A DNA stretch of 64,000 nt. Source: Longimicrobiales bacterium. Its GTDB lineage: Bacteria > Gemmatimonadota > Gemmatimonadetes > Longimicrobiales > Gaopeijiaceae. Position 1 is the first letter of the stretch, and every line of letters starts with the position of its first letter. The notes beneath the pieces were generated by a model, which searched no databases, was not told the origin of the DNA, and saw only the letters and a program-made list of their open reading frames with translations. The position numbers were made by a program, and so were the translations under genes. Shown here in pieces: positions 20,163-30,225 of this stretch. The stretch lies in the NCBI GenBank assembly GCA_041690395.1, contig JAWLHJ010000001.1, positions 160,001 through 224,000 on the forward strand, given 5' to 3'.

Positions 20163-21227
20163 TTACCCCGCCGGACGCCTGGGGATCATCACCGGGTGGA
20201 GGCGGAGGTGCTTGACGACCCGCCGCTGCGAGACTTCGCCGCCGTAGATGTTGCCGTCCTGGTCGACCGCGACGCCCTCGGGCCCACTGAAGCTGTTCAC
20301 GCCCAGGTTGGGGTTGTTCCAGGTCTCGGGGATGAAGTGGAAGACCCAACCCGTCCTCGCGTCTCCGACGCGGATACCCCGCTCCCACCCGGCGTTGCGC
20401 TGGCCCGTATAGTCGTTCGTGGCCGGGCCGGACTCGGAGTCCGCCACGTACATGAGGTCGTGCTCGTCGATGAAGATCCCGCTCGGCCGGCCGAACTGGG
20501 TCCACATCGCGATGAAGTTGCCGTCCTGATCGAGCAGCTGAATCCGGTTGTTGTAGCGGTCCCCGACGAACAGTCGACCCTGGGAGTCCATGGCGAGCGC
20601 GTGCGGCTCGAGGAACTCGCCGGGCCCGTACCCGGTGCGGCCGATGGTCGCCACGTGCGTTCCGTCGGGCGCGAACTTCTGGATGCGGTTGGGCTCCGCG
20701 GGGCCGTGACCCTCGGCGATGAAGATGTGACCGTCAGGCGCCACCAGGACGTCGTTCGGGCGCGTCAGCCGGTTCGGCGCGTCGCCCGGCATCCCGGGCT
20801 CACCGATGGTCATGAGGAGCTCGCCCGTTGGGCTGAACTTCCGCACCGCGTGACCCAGTCCGATCTCCTCCGCGCCCTGAGTGGACGCGTCCGTGATCCA
20901 GATGCTCCCGTCCGGCTCCACGAACATGCCGTGCGGCCACGAGAGGAGTCCTGCCCCGAAGCTCCGGAGCACGTTGCCGTCGGTGTCGAGCAGGAGTACG
21001 GGATCGACGTCCGAACCGACGCACGTGTTCCGGCCGCACCGCTCCGCGACCCACATGTTTCCGTCACCCGCCGGATACATGGCGCTCACCGAGCCCCACT
21101 CCCGGCCGTCGGGCAGGTCGCCCCACGTGTAGTCGGGTCGGTAGGGGTTCGTGACGGACTGGGCCTCGACCAGGGCCGGCGATACGGCGATCGAGACCAG
21201 GACGAGAGCTGAGAGGGCGGACCGCAT
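20163..21227 (-). CDS. NHL-repeat beta-propeller (peptidylglycine alpha-amidating lyase-like), secreted
   Basis: Signal peptide; PHG, PNDV, EPHALAMD, DRYNNRIQ, GRPSG repeats. Confidence 0.85.
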   Translation of the reverse strand: MRSALSALVLVSIAVSPALVEAQSVTNPYRPDYTWGDLPDGREWGSVSAMYPAGDGNMWVAERCGRNTCVGSDVDPVLLLDTDGNVLRSFGAGLLSWPHGMFVEPDGSIWITDASTQGAEEIGLGHAVRKFSPTGELLMTIGEPGMPGDAPNRLTRPNDVLVAPDGHIFIAEGHGPAEPNRIQKFAPDGTHVATIGRTGYGPGEFLEPHALAMDSQGRLFVGDRYNNRIQLLDQDGNFIAMWTQFGRPSGIFIDEHDLMYVADSESGPATNDYTGQRNAGWERGIRVGDARTGWVFHFIPETWNNPNLGVNSFSGPEGVAVDQDGNIYGGEVSQRRVVKHLRLHPVMIPRRPAG

Positions 21228-21369
21228 CGTGACGGGACTCCTGCGCGGGTGGACGGCCATCGGGACGGCGGGTCCCGTTAGGTTGCGCTGTCGGTCGAGG
21301 TCCCGCAACCGACCGGGACACGGTATGCTCCGGAACGGCGTTGAAGAACCACGACAAGGAAGGCAGGCG

Positions 21370-22743
21370 ATGACGTGGAAGGTCGTGAATCCCGCGACGG
21401 GCGAGACGGTGCGCGAGTACGAGGACACCTCGTGGCCCGAGGTCGAGCGAGCCCTCGAGGGAGCGCAGGCCGCGCATGAGCGGTGGCGGCGGGAGCCCTT
21501 CGAAGAGCGTGCGCGGCTCATGCGACAGGCGGCCGAGCTGCTCCGCGAGCGAGCGGACCGTTACGCCGAGCTCATGGCCCTCGAGATGGGTAAGCCGCTG
21601 AAGGACGGCCGCTCGGAGGTGGAGAAGTGCGCGTGGGTATGCGACTACTACGCCGACGAAGCCGAGGGGCAGCTCGCGCCGGTGCCGGTCGAAACGCCGG
21701 ACACGGGCGCGAAGACGTACTGGACCCACGAGCCGCTCGGGGTCGTGCTGGCCGTCATGCCGTGGAACTTCCCGTTCTGGCAGGTCTTCCGCTTCGCTGC
21801 GCCCACCCTCATGGCCGGCAACGCAGGCCTCCTCAAGCACGCCTCGAACGTGCCCGGATGCGCGCTCGCCATCGAGGAGGTCTTCCGCGATGCCGCCTTC
21901 CCCAGTGGCCTGTTCCGCTCGTTGCTCATCGGACACGAGGCGAGCGAGCGGCTCATCGAGCACGCCCTGGTGCGGGCTGTTACCCTCACCGGGAGCGTCC
22001 GGGCGGGAAAGGCCGTCGCGGCCAAGGCCGGATCGCTCGTGAAGAAGACCGTGCTCGAGCTCGGCGGGAGCGACGCCTACGTCGTGCTGGAGGACGCCGA
22101 CCTCGACTTCGCCGTCGAGACGTGCGTGAAGAGCCGCCTCACGAACTCGGGCCAGAGCTGCATCGCCGCAAAGCGGTTCGTGGTGGTGGCGAGCGTGCGG
22201 GAGGACTTCGAGCGCCGCATGGTCGAGCGCATGACCTCGGTTCGCATGGGCGACCCCTTCGACGAGGCCACCGAGCTCGGACCCCAGGCCCGGACGGACC
22301 TGCGCGACGAGCTCCACGAGCAGGTGGAGCAGAGCGTGTCGGCCGGGGCACGCCTCCTGCTCGGGGGCAAGCTCCCCGACGGGCCGGGGGCGTTCTATCC
22401 GCCGACGGTGCTGACCGACGTCACGCCCGGCATGCCCGCCTACGACGAGGAGCTGTTCGGCCCGGTCGCGGCCATCATCGAGGCGCGGGACGAAGCCGAA
22501 GCCATCCGCATCGCCAACGACAGCGTCTTCGGCCTCGGCGCGGCTGTGTTCACGCGGGACCACGAGCGCGGGGAGCGCATCGCGCGCGACGAGCTCCAGG
22601 CCGGCGCCTGCTTCGTGAACGCCTCCGTGCGGTCCGACCCCCGGCTCCCGTTCGGGGGCATCAAGGAGAGCGGGTACGGGAGGGAGCTGTCGCCCCTCGG
22701 CATTCGCGAGTTCGTGAACGTGAAGACCGTCTGGGTGGGGTGA
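21370..22743 (+). CDS. NAD(P)-dependent succinate-semialdehyde dehydrogenase family aldehyde dehydrogenase
   Basis: MPWNFP, LKHASN, TGS, LELGGSD, GQSCIA, EELFGP, PFGGIKESGYGRE. Confidence 0.92.
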   Translation: MTWKVVNPATGETVREYEDTSWPEVERALEGAQAAHERWRREPFEERARLMRQAAELLRERADRYAELMALEMGKPLKDGRSEVEKCAWVCDYYADEAEGQLAPVPVETPDTGAKTYWTHEPLGVVLAVMPWNFPFWQVFRFAAPTLMAGNAGLLKHASNVPGCALAIEEVFRDAAFPSGLFRSLLIGHEASERLIEHALVRAVTLTGSVRAGKAVAAKAGSLVKKTVLELGGSDAYVVLEDADLDFAVETCVKSRLTNSGQSCIAAKRFVVVASVREDFERRMVERMTSVRMGDPFDEATELGPQARTDLRDELHEQVEQSVSAGARLLLGGKLPDGPGAFYPPTVLTDVTPGMPAYDEELFGPVAAIIEARDEAEAIRIANDSVFGLGAAVFTRDHERGERIARDELQAGACFVNASVRSDPRLPFGGIKESGYGRELSPLGIREFVNVKTVWVG

Positions 22744-22749
22744 TGGCCC

Positions 22750-24132
22750 TCATCCCTCGATGGTGGCGAAGAGGTTGTTCAGTGACTCGGTCAACGTCGG
22801 ATGCGAGAAGGCCGAGTCCCGGAGGTCGCGCCAGGTGAGCCCGCCCATCATGGCGATCTGGATGGCCGACGCGATCTCGCCGCCCTCCACGCCGAGGATC
22901 GAGGCGCCCAGGATGCGCCCGGTCCCGGCGTCCACGACGGCTTTCATGAGCCCGCGGGTCTCGTCGGTCTCCACGGCCCGCGCGGCCCGGCTCATCGGCA
23001 TGCTCGCGATGAGGACGTCGCGGCCCTGCTCCCGTGCCTCGCGCTCGGTGAGTCCGACTCGACCGAGCTGCGGATCCGTGAAGAGGGTGTAGGGCACGAT
23101 CCGGCCGGCCCGCGACGCGCCCCCGTCCCCGAGCACGTTCTCCCGCACGACCCGGTAGTCGTCGTAGGCGATGTGCGTGAAAGGCGGGCCGCCGTTCACG
23201 TCGCCGAGAGCCCAGACCCCGTCGGCCGTCGTGCGCAGCGCATCGTCGACCCGGATGAATCCACGCTCGGTGCGTTCGACGCCCGCTCGCTCCAGGCCGA
23301 GATCGTCCGCGTTCGGCACACGACCGACCGCCACCATCAAGTGGGTGCCACGGACGCCCGCGTCCCCTCCGGCGTCACCGAGGCGCACCTCGACCCCCGG
23401 CCCATCGGCACGTACTTCGCTCGCCGGCGCCCCGCACCGAAAGTCGATGCCGTCTTCCTCGAGGATCTCCCGCAACGCCTCTCGGATGTCGTCGTCCTCG
23501 CGGGGAGCGATCCGGTCACCAGCCTCGATAACGGTCACGCGCGACCCGAAGCGTCGGAACATCTGGGCGAACTCCAGCCCGATGAAGCCCCCGCCGAGCA
23601 CGACCAGGTGCTCTGGCACCTCCGCGAGCTCCATGAGCGACGCGTTGTCCAGCCAGGGCACCGTGTCGAGGCCCTCCAGGTCGGGGACACGATTCCGCGT
23701 GCCCGTATTGATGAACACCTGATCCGCGGTCAGGGACCGCGTGCCCCCTTCGGCGAGCGCCACGTCCACCGCGCGAGGACCAGTGAAGCGGGCGGTCCCG
23801 AACACCAGGTCCACGGTGTCGATCCGCCCGAGCCCCCTCTCCCCACCGGAGCTCCAGGCGTCGACCATGTCGCGCTTCCGACGCCGCACCACCTCGAGGT
23901 CCACCTCGACGTCGCCGACCCTCACGCCGTAGTCCCCGGCCCGCCGCGCCAGGTGGGCCACCCGGGCACTCGCGACCATGGTCTTCGTCGGCGTGCACCC
24001 GTCGATCACGCACGTTCCGCCCACCCGGCCCTTCTCGATGATGGCCACGCGGCGGCCGGCCTTTCCGAGGGCTCCGGCCAGGGGCTTCCCCGCCTGGCCC
24101 GTGCCGATGACGATGGCGTCGAAATGCTCCAT
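22750..24132 (-). CDS. Pyridine nucleotide-disulfide oxidoreductase (MerA/RclA/LpdA-like)
   Basis: GTGQAG, GGTCVIDGCTPTK, GGGFIG, HPTLTE; no C-terminal Cys pair. Confidence 0.88.
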   Translation of the reverse strand: MEHFDAIVIGTGQAGKPLAGALGKAGRRVAIIEKGRVGGTCVIDGCTPTKTMVASARVAHLARRAGDYGVRVGDVEVDLEVVRRRKRDMVDAWSSGGERGLGRIDTVDLVFGTARFTGPRAVDVALAEGGTRSLTADQVFINTGTRNRVPDLEGLDTVPWLDNASLMELAEVPEHLVVLGGGFIGLEFAQMFRRFGSRVTVIEAGDRIAPREDDDIREALREILEEDGIDFRCGAPASEVRADGPGVEVRLGDAGGDAGVRGTHLMVAVGRVPNADDLGLERAGVERTERGFIRVDDALRTTADGVWALGDVNGGPPFTHIAYDDYRVVRENVLGDGGASRAGRIVPYTLFTDPQLGRVGLTEREAREQGRDVLIASMPMSRAARAVETDETRGLMKAVVDAGTGRILGASILGVEGGEIASAIQIAMMGGLTWRDLRDSAFSHPTLTESLNNLFATIEG

Positions 24133-24430
24133 GGACTGCTCCGAAGGTCGGGGTTCCGCGACGTCTCTCGGCTGTCGAACGCCTGGTCCTCGGGAAGGGT
24201 TCCCAAGCTCCCGGGCACGATGGAGGCCCCGGCGCCCGTCCGCCTGCTCCGTGACGCACCTGTGCGGAAGCCGGTACCGTACGGTCGCGAAGGGCTGAGA
24301 CGATTCGGTCGGACACTCACCGGACACGCATATCGACATCCCAGCCAATCGGCTCGCACAGAAAGTCGCGGCGCTCCTCCTGATCGCGCTCCCGATCGGG
24401 TGGGGCCTCTCTCGTCCATTCAAGGTCGGT

Positions 24431-26974
24431 GTGGGTGAGAAGGCCCTTTCGGGGCTCGAGTGGGAGGCGTCGCCCGGTGTCCCGGGAGCCGCGACCGGGC
24501 TCGCACGAGCCTCTGAGCAGCTTCCGATCCGCATGGTCGACGCCGGCGGTGTCGGCATCCCGGCCGATACCGCGGCATGGGGAACGACCTACTCCCACGC
24601 GACCCACGCGTTCGACCAGCTGGTGCTCTCCGAGGCCCCGTGGCTCGACGAGGAGGAGGGCGCCCGGATCCGGGCCGACTGGGAAGCTTACGTGCACCGC
24701 ATGGCAGGGATGGGCAGCAACGCGGTCGTCCTCGATGCGTTCCTCGAGACCATCAACTTCGACCGGGTCGGCGATGGGCTGGAGGTCTATCCACGCACCG
24801 AGCCTCTGCGCCAGCGGCACCTGGCGTACCGTTCGTTCTTCGAGGAGCTCGCCCGTGAAGCGGACGCGGTCGGCATGGCCACCTATCTCAAGACCGATCT
24901 ACCGGTGGTTACGCCCGCGCTCGATCGCTACTTCCGTGCCCGACTGGGGGCGGCCGACACCGACGACCCCCGGTTCTGGGGGGTCTACGCCGCGGCCTTC
25001 GAGGAGCTCTTCGAGACCATGCCCGGAGTCGCGGGGGTGGTGGTCCGCATCGGCGAGGCAGGCCCCCTCTTCAACGTCGACGGCACCGAGTACGCGAGTT
25101 ACATGGGTGTGCGCACCCCGGCGCAGCTCCAGCTCATGCTGCGCACGCTGCTGCCCGTCTTCGAGCGCCACGACCGCAACCTCGTCTTCCGGTCCTGGTC
25201 GGTGGGCCTCGGGCCACTGGGCGATCTCCACCACGACCCCGAGACGTACCTGAACGCCCTGGGCTCCATCGACAGCCCGGCGCTGGTGGTGTCCACGAAG
25301 TTCGTGGCGGGCGACTACTTCGGCTTCCTGCCCCTCAACCCGACGCTCCTGGTGGGAGATCACCGGCGGATCGTCGAATTCCAGGCGCGCCGGGAGTACG
25401 AAGGCTTCGGCGCCATCCCGAATTACCTCGGTCACGCCCACCGCGAGGCTCTCCACCAGGTGATGGAGGCGAACCCCAACCTCGTGGGCACGTCCCTCTG
25501 GACCCAGGAAGGCGGGCCGCTGCGCGCCGGCCCTCTGTCTCTCTTCGACGTCACCGGCTTCTGGCGTTGGACCGACGCCAACGTATATGCCACCTCCCGA
25601 TTGGCCGTCGATCCGCACGCCGACCCGCGCACCCTGGCGGTAGAATGGGCACAGGTCGCCTTCGATGCCGATCTCCGCACGGCGACGGCCCTCGCCGACA
25701 TCCTCGAAACATCGCGGGAAGCATTGGAGAAGGCCCTCTACGTTCGACCCTTCGCCCGCACCCGGGTCGAGATAGCGGGCATCGAGGTTCCGCCCATCCT
25801 CTGGATCTTCGAGTGGGACCAGGTCGGGGGATGGAGCTCGGTGCTCGGCACCCTCTACCGGACCGTGCGGGACGAAGTGGACACGGCGATCGGTGAGGGG
25901 CACGAGGCGGTGCGGCTCACTCGGGAGATGAAGGCCCGGCTTCTCGCGCTCGAGCCGGCTCTCGGCGGGCACCCGGACTGGGCGGGCCTGGTGCGCTCGC
26001 TCGACTATCAGACCAGCCTGTATGCGACGCTGGCGGAGTTTCGGGCGTACTTCCTCGGGTACCATCGCTGGCTCGAGGAGGGCGGAGACGCCACCGACTG
26101 GAGGCTCGCCGCCGACCGCTTCACCTCGGCCGCCGCCGAGCACGAGACCATGTTCGCCGCCGACCTGGACTTCCCTGCGTTCCACTTCGACGGGGCGGTA
26201 GGTCTCGCGAATCGGACGCTGGACGGGAGCGCGGAAAGGACCTCCGCCCGGATTCTCGTGCTCCTGCTCGTCTTCGTGCTCACGCTGATCGCGCCGCTCC
26301 TCCTGGACCCTCCGGCCGTCCGGCGCCCGCGCGTGGTGGGGTGGATTCTCACCGCGACCGTGACTGCCGCGGCCTTGTCGATCCCGGTGCTCCTGCTCGC
26401 CGGGTCGGTCCCCCTGGGTGTCGGCCTGGCGGCGCTCGTCCTGATCTACACCATCGCATTGGTCCGCGGCCTCACCGGACCATGGCGAGGAGACGCCGGC
26501 CACCGCGAAGTCGCGACACCATTGGCGGCACTGCTGCTCTCGGCGGCGTTCGTGCTTCCGGTCATCGCGTTCCGGGGGCCGGACTACTTCTGGCTTCTCT
26601 TCTGGTCGGAGGACCCCTTCCGGGCCACCCTCTTCGCAGTGGCGACCGCGTCGGTCCTCTGGTCCCTAGCCTGGTCCTACGGAGTCGCGCACAGCGTGAG
26701 CGGTTGCCCGTCGTTCGCCGCGGGAACCGTGCTCGCGGCGAGCGGGACGACACTCCTCGTGCTCAGCGCTCTATTGCCGGATATGGAAACGACCCTGACC
26801 GCTCTCGACGAGCCCTTCCACTTGTTTCCCATGACCACGGCCATCGTCAACGGCGTGACACACTACGCCGGCCTGCCCGATGTCGTGCTCCGCATTCCGG
26901 GGATGGTCGGTCTCGGCTTCGTCGTCGCCGGCTTCGGCCTCCGCCGACGGGGCTCGCCGGGCATCCGTCGGTGA
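24431..26974 (+). CDS. Large glycoside-hydrolase-like (GH67-like) domain protein with C-terminal multi-TM region; true start probably further upstream
   Basis: VRIGEAG, FRSWSVG, STKF, VEFQARREYEGFG, WTQEGGP; about 7 C-terminal hydrophobic helices. Family call tentative. Confidence 0.65.
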   Translation: MGEKALSGLEWEASPGVPGAATGLARASEQLPIRMVDAGGVGIPADTAAWGTTYSHATHAFDQLVLSEAPWLDEEEGARIRADWEAYVHRMAGMGSNAVVLDAFLETINFDRVGDGLEVYPRTEPLRQRHLAYRSFFEELAREADAVGMATYLKTDLPVVTPALDRYFRARLGAADTDDPRFWGVYAAAFEELFETMPGVAGVVVRIGEAGPLFNVDGTEYASYMGVRTPAQLQLMLRTLLPVFERHDRNLVFRSWSVGLGPLGDLHHDPETYLNALGSIDSPALVVSTKFVAGDYFGFLPLNPTLLVGDHRRIVEFQARREYEGFGAIPNYLGHAHREALHQVMEANPNLVGTSLWTQEGGPLRAGPLSLFDVTGFWRWTDANVYATSRLAVDPHADPRTLAVEWAQVAFDADLRTATALADILETSREALEKALYVRPFARTRVEIAGIEVPPILWIFEWDQVGGWSSVLGTLYRTVRDEVDTAIGEGHEAVRLTREMKARLLALEPALGGHPDWAGLVRSLDYQTSLYATLAEFRAYFLGYHRWLEEGGDATDWRLAADRFTSAAAEHETMFAADLDFPAFHFDGAVGLANRTLDGSAERTSARILVLLLVFVLTLIAPLLLDPPAVRRPRVVGWILTATVTAAALSIPVLLLAGSVPLGVGLAALVLIYTIALVRGLTGPWRGDAGHREVATPLAALLLSAAFVLPVIAFRGPDYFWLLFWSEDPFRATLFAVATASVLWSLAWSYGVAHSVSGCPSFAAGTVLAASGTTLLVLSALLPDMETTLTALDEPFHLFPMTTAIVNGVTHYAGLPDVVLRIPGMVGLGFVVAGFGLRRRGSPGIRR

Positions 26975-27113
26975 CCTCCCGGGCGCCGACTCCCCCTGAT
27001 CAGCGCTACAGCTTCGTGACACGGTCTTCACATGGCCGCGACCGGCCTCGGCCATCGTACAGACGTAGGCCTGCGGCAGTCTTGGGCCTCATCCTCGACG
27101 CGAGGAGCGTCCG

Positions 27114-28319
27114 ATGAAGATCGCTCTGTTCACCGACACCTATCCGAACGACATCAACGGGGTCGCGCGGACCCTCGGGATGCTGGTCTCGCACGCGGAA
27201 GCGCGTGGGCACGAGATCGCGTTGGTGTCTCCTCACGTGTCTCCGAGCGCGGCCGAGAAGACCGTACTGCATCGGCAGCTTCCGGGCATACCCATCCCGA
27301 TCTACCCGGACCTCCAGCTCGCCCGCGGCATCGACGGGAAAGGCAAGCGGGCGCTTAGGGACTTCGCCCCCGACGTCGTCCACGTGGCGACCGAGTCGTC
27401 GGTGGGTCTTTCAGGACGACGTTGGGCCGTTCGAAACGGCGTGCCGCTGGTGACGTCCTTCCACACCAACTTCCCGGCCTACGTCGCGTCGTATCGCGCG
27501 CCGTTCCTGGAGCCGTGGGTGTGGCGCTACCTGCGCTGGTTCCACGACCCGGCCACGACGACACTGTGCCCGAGCCGAGCGACGCTCGCGGAGCTCGAGG
27601 CCCACGCCTTCCATGGCCGTCTCGGCATCTGGTCACGGGGGGTGCGCACCGAGCTCTTCGACCCGGAGCTGCGTTCCGAAGAGGTCCGGCAGCGCATCGC
27701 CCCCGGTGCGGACCGCATTCTTCTGTATGCGGGGCGCATCGCGCACGAGAAGAGGGTCGATGTCCTGCTCGACGTCTACCTCCGTGTCCGCGACCGTCTC
27801 GACGAGCGGGTCGCCCTCGTCTTCGTGGGTGACGGCCCGGCTGCGGCGGGCCTCCGCAAGCGCGCCCCGGACGATGTCCACTTCACCGGATTCCTGCGGG
27901 ACAGGGCTCTGGCCGAAGCGTACGCGGCCGCGGACCTGTTCGTCTTCGCCTCGGAGACGGAGACGTTCGGCAACGTCGTGCTGGAAGCGCTCGCCAGCGG
28001 GGTGCCCGCCGTGGCGGTAAACCGCGGCGGGGTCACGGAGACGGTCCTGCCCGGAAAGACCGGGGCGCTCGTGCCCCCCAACGACGTCGTAGCGTTCTCC
28101 GACGCCTGCATCCGCCTCCTCGAGAACGAGGACGAGCGGCGTCGCCTGGCGGAGGGCGCGCGATCCGAAGCGCTTTCCCGCAGTTGGACCACCGTCCTGG
28201 ACGGCGTGCTGGACGCCTACGACGGAGCAACGTCGCTCGCTCGACCCGCGAGCAGGCAGAAGGCCAGGTGGAGCCACCCCCCCCTGACCCGGGACGCGAA
28301 CCTACTGGGTGTGGATTGA
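27114..28319 (+). CDS. GT4 glycosyltransferase (MgtA/PimB-like)
   Basis: TDTYPNDINGVART, SFHT, GRIAHEK, ETFGNVVLEALASG. Confidence 0.92.
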   Translation: MKIALFTDTYPNDINGVARTLGMLVSHAEARGHEIALVSPHVSPSAAEKTVLHRQLPGIPIPIYPDLQLARGIDGKGKRALRDFAPDVVHVATESSVGLSGRRWAVRNGVPLVTSFHTNFPAYVASYRAPFLEPWVWRYLRWFHDPATTTLCPSRATLAELEAHAFHGRLGIWSRGVRTELFDPELRSEEVRQRIAPGADRILLYAGRIAHEKRVDVLLDVYLRVRDRLDERVALVFVGDGPAAAGLRKRAPDDVHFTGFLRDRALAEAYAAADLFVFASETETFGNVVLEALASGVPAVAVNRGGVTETVLPGKTGALVPPNDVVAFSDACIRLLENEDERRRLAEGARSEALSRSWTTVLDGVLDAYDGATSLARPASRQKARWSHPPLTRDANLLGVD

Positions 28320-28323
28320 AACC

Positions 28324-28851
28324 ATGAACGGAATCATGCTCTCGCTCACCGCCATCGACCAACGACTCCTGTGCGCGTTCATCACCCGGCGGCGTCGCCT
28401 CGGTAAGCTCGCGATGCGCTGGATCACCAAGCTCGGCAATCCGACCGTGGTGATTCCGATGACCCTCGCCCTCGCGTTCCTGGCACAGGGACCCACGTCC
28501 TCCGCGGGAGGCGTCGCGGCCTGGAGCCTCGCCTTCTCCCACCTCGTGGTGCACGTGTTGAAACGCACGGTCACGCGGCCCCGGCCATCGCTACCCGGCG
28601 GCCTCTCCTGGCTGATCGAGCCGGAAGACCGCTTCTCCTTTCCCTCCGGACATGCCGCCGCAGGACTCTCGGTCGGCCTCCCGATCCTGATCTTCGTGGG
28701 CGGGGTGCTCGGCGCGGTCGCCCTCGCCCTGGGGCTCCTGGTGGGCGTGAGCCGCTGCTACCTCGGCGTGCACTACCCCTTCGACGTACTCGCCGGATGG
28801 AGCCTCGCGGTGGCCACGGTCGGAGCCGTCCTGCTCATGGGGATCTGGTAG
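28324..28851 (+). CDS. PAP2 family membrane phosphatase
   Basis: KRTVTRPRP, SFPSGH, SRCYLGVHYPFD. Alternative start 28309. Confidence 0.9.
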   Translation: MNGIMLSLTAIDQRLLCAFITRRRRLGKLAMRWITKLGNPTVVIPMTLALAFLAQGPTSSAGGVAAWSLAFSHLVVHVLKRTVTRPRPSLPGGLSWLIEPEDRFSFPSGHAAAGLSVGLPILIFVGGVLGAVALALGLLVGVSRCYLGVHYPFDVLAGWSLAVATVGAVLLMGIW

Positions 28852-29641
28852 CACCCGAACCACTCGTCCAGGTGCACGACGGGGGCAGTGCAGCGGCCAT
28901 GTTGCTCGCCTTCTCCAGCCCCGCCAGCAACCGCCGGTGGAGCGCGACCCGGAAACGCTCGGGCACGACTCCTTCATCGGCCTCCCAAGCCAGAGCGCAC
29001 CGCGCCAGCAGCGTCTCGTCAGACAGGACCCCGAACTCGTCCTGGGCTCTCGTGAGCCCGCGCGTGTCGAGCCCCGCCCACTCGCGCGCATAGCGGAGGT
29101 TGCGGAGGCGTCTGCGAAGAGCGTGTGCGGACCGCAGGGCCGGTAGTTGCAGGCAGGTCCGCAGTGAGGGAGCCTCCGATTCGGGGGTTACGAGCGAGAG
29201 GTCCTCGCCCTCGAACCGGCGGGCGGCCTTGGTCACCCGCCGCCCGTAACGGCCCAGGCCCTCCTCGGCGCGGCGGGGCTCCAGTTCCGGGAGACAACGG
29301 AGCGCCCGCACGAGACCGCGGTACCGGGGCCCTTCGAATGGGGCGAGAGCCTGGTGCCTGATCGCCGCACGCTTGTCCGTCGCCCAGGCTCTCAACTCGC
29401 GAGGCACCCGGCTCTCAGTAAGCAGAACGTCGAGATCGCGGAGGGGGCCGACGTGGTCACTCAGCCACCGAACGTCGTCCTCGAGCACCCGTAGACCCGA
29501 GAGCTGCAGCCCGACCCGGATGCGTCGACAGGTGACCCGGAGGGCGTGAACCCCCTCCGGATCGTCGCCCACCCGCGCCACCGCAGCAGCAGCCTCCAAC
29601 CGATCCGCGCCGTCCGCGAAGGAACGCAGCCTCCCGCTCAT
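28835..29641 (-). CDS. CHAD domain protein
   Basis: VHALRVTCRRIR, RDLDV, HALRRRLRNLRY, QDEFG. Confidence 0.82.
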   Translation of the reverse strand: MSGRLRSFADGADRLEAAAAVARVGDDPEGVHALRVTCRRIRVGLQLSGLRVLEDDVRWLSDHVGPLRDLDVLLTESRVPRELRAWATDKRAAIRHQALAPFEGPRYRGLVRALRCLPELEPRRAEEGLGRYGRRVTKAARRFEGEDLSLVTPESEAPSLRTCLQLPALRSAHALRRRLRNLRYAREWAGLDTRGLTRAQDEFGVLSDETLLARCALAWEADEGVVPERFRVALHRRLLAGLEKASNMAAALPPSCTWTSGSGATRSP

Positions 29642-30114
29642 CACAACCTGCGCACGAGCCTGGGCGTGAGCAGGAGGGTCAATGTCATGGCTCCGGAAGC
29701 CACGGGACCCTCGAGAACGGCGACTCCGCCCTTCGCGAGGCGGAACGCCGCACCGTCGGCAGGAGAGGCCGTGACCAACCAGGCCAGTAGCGCGCTCAGG
29801 TGGGGCTCGTGTCCGACGACCGCCACGTCGCCATCCCACGTCGCCAAGGTCTCGATCAGCTGGGTGCTGGGCGCCTCCGTAAGCTGGTCCAGGACCGTGG
29901 TCGAGCCCTCGGCGCGGAGCCGGGGCACGAGCGCCTCGGCGGTCTGCAGAGCGCGCAGCTTCGGGCTGTGCGCGAGAACGTCGAAGCGCATCTCCATGCG
30001 GGCCAGGGCCCGCACCACCCTCGCGAATCGCCGCCGGCCCTTACCGGAGAGGGGTCGCCGGTCGTCGTCGGCCCCGTCGGTGGCGATCGCGTGCCGGACC
30101 AGCGTCAGCGTCAT
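29641..30114 (-). CDS. sixA: SixA-type phosphohistidine phosphatase
   Basis: LVRHA, RPLS, SPKLRALQTA, VGHEP. Confidence 0.88.
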   Translation of the reverse strand: MTLTLVRHAIATDGADDDRRPLSGKGRRRFARVVRALARMEMRFDVLAHSPKLRALQTAEALVPRLRAEGSTTVLDQLTEAPSTQLIETLATWDGDVAVVGHEPHLSALLAWLVTASPADGAAFRLAKGGVAVLEGPVASGAMTLTLLLTPRLVRRL

Positions 30115-30225
30115 GGCCGGCCCTTACCGAGGGCCAGGCCGGACGGCGGAGTCCGTGATCCAAGGGACTGTTCGCGAGCCCCTCGTCGGACCATGCGCCC
30201 GAGCCTGGAAGAGCCGTGAAGGCCC

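Noticed and set aside
22750..24132. Mercuric reductase MerA
   Set aside because: No C-terminal Cys-Cys pair, no NmerA domain and no mer genes nearby.
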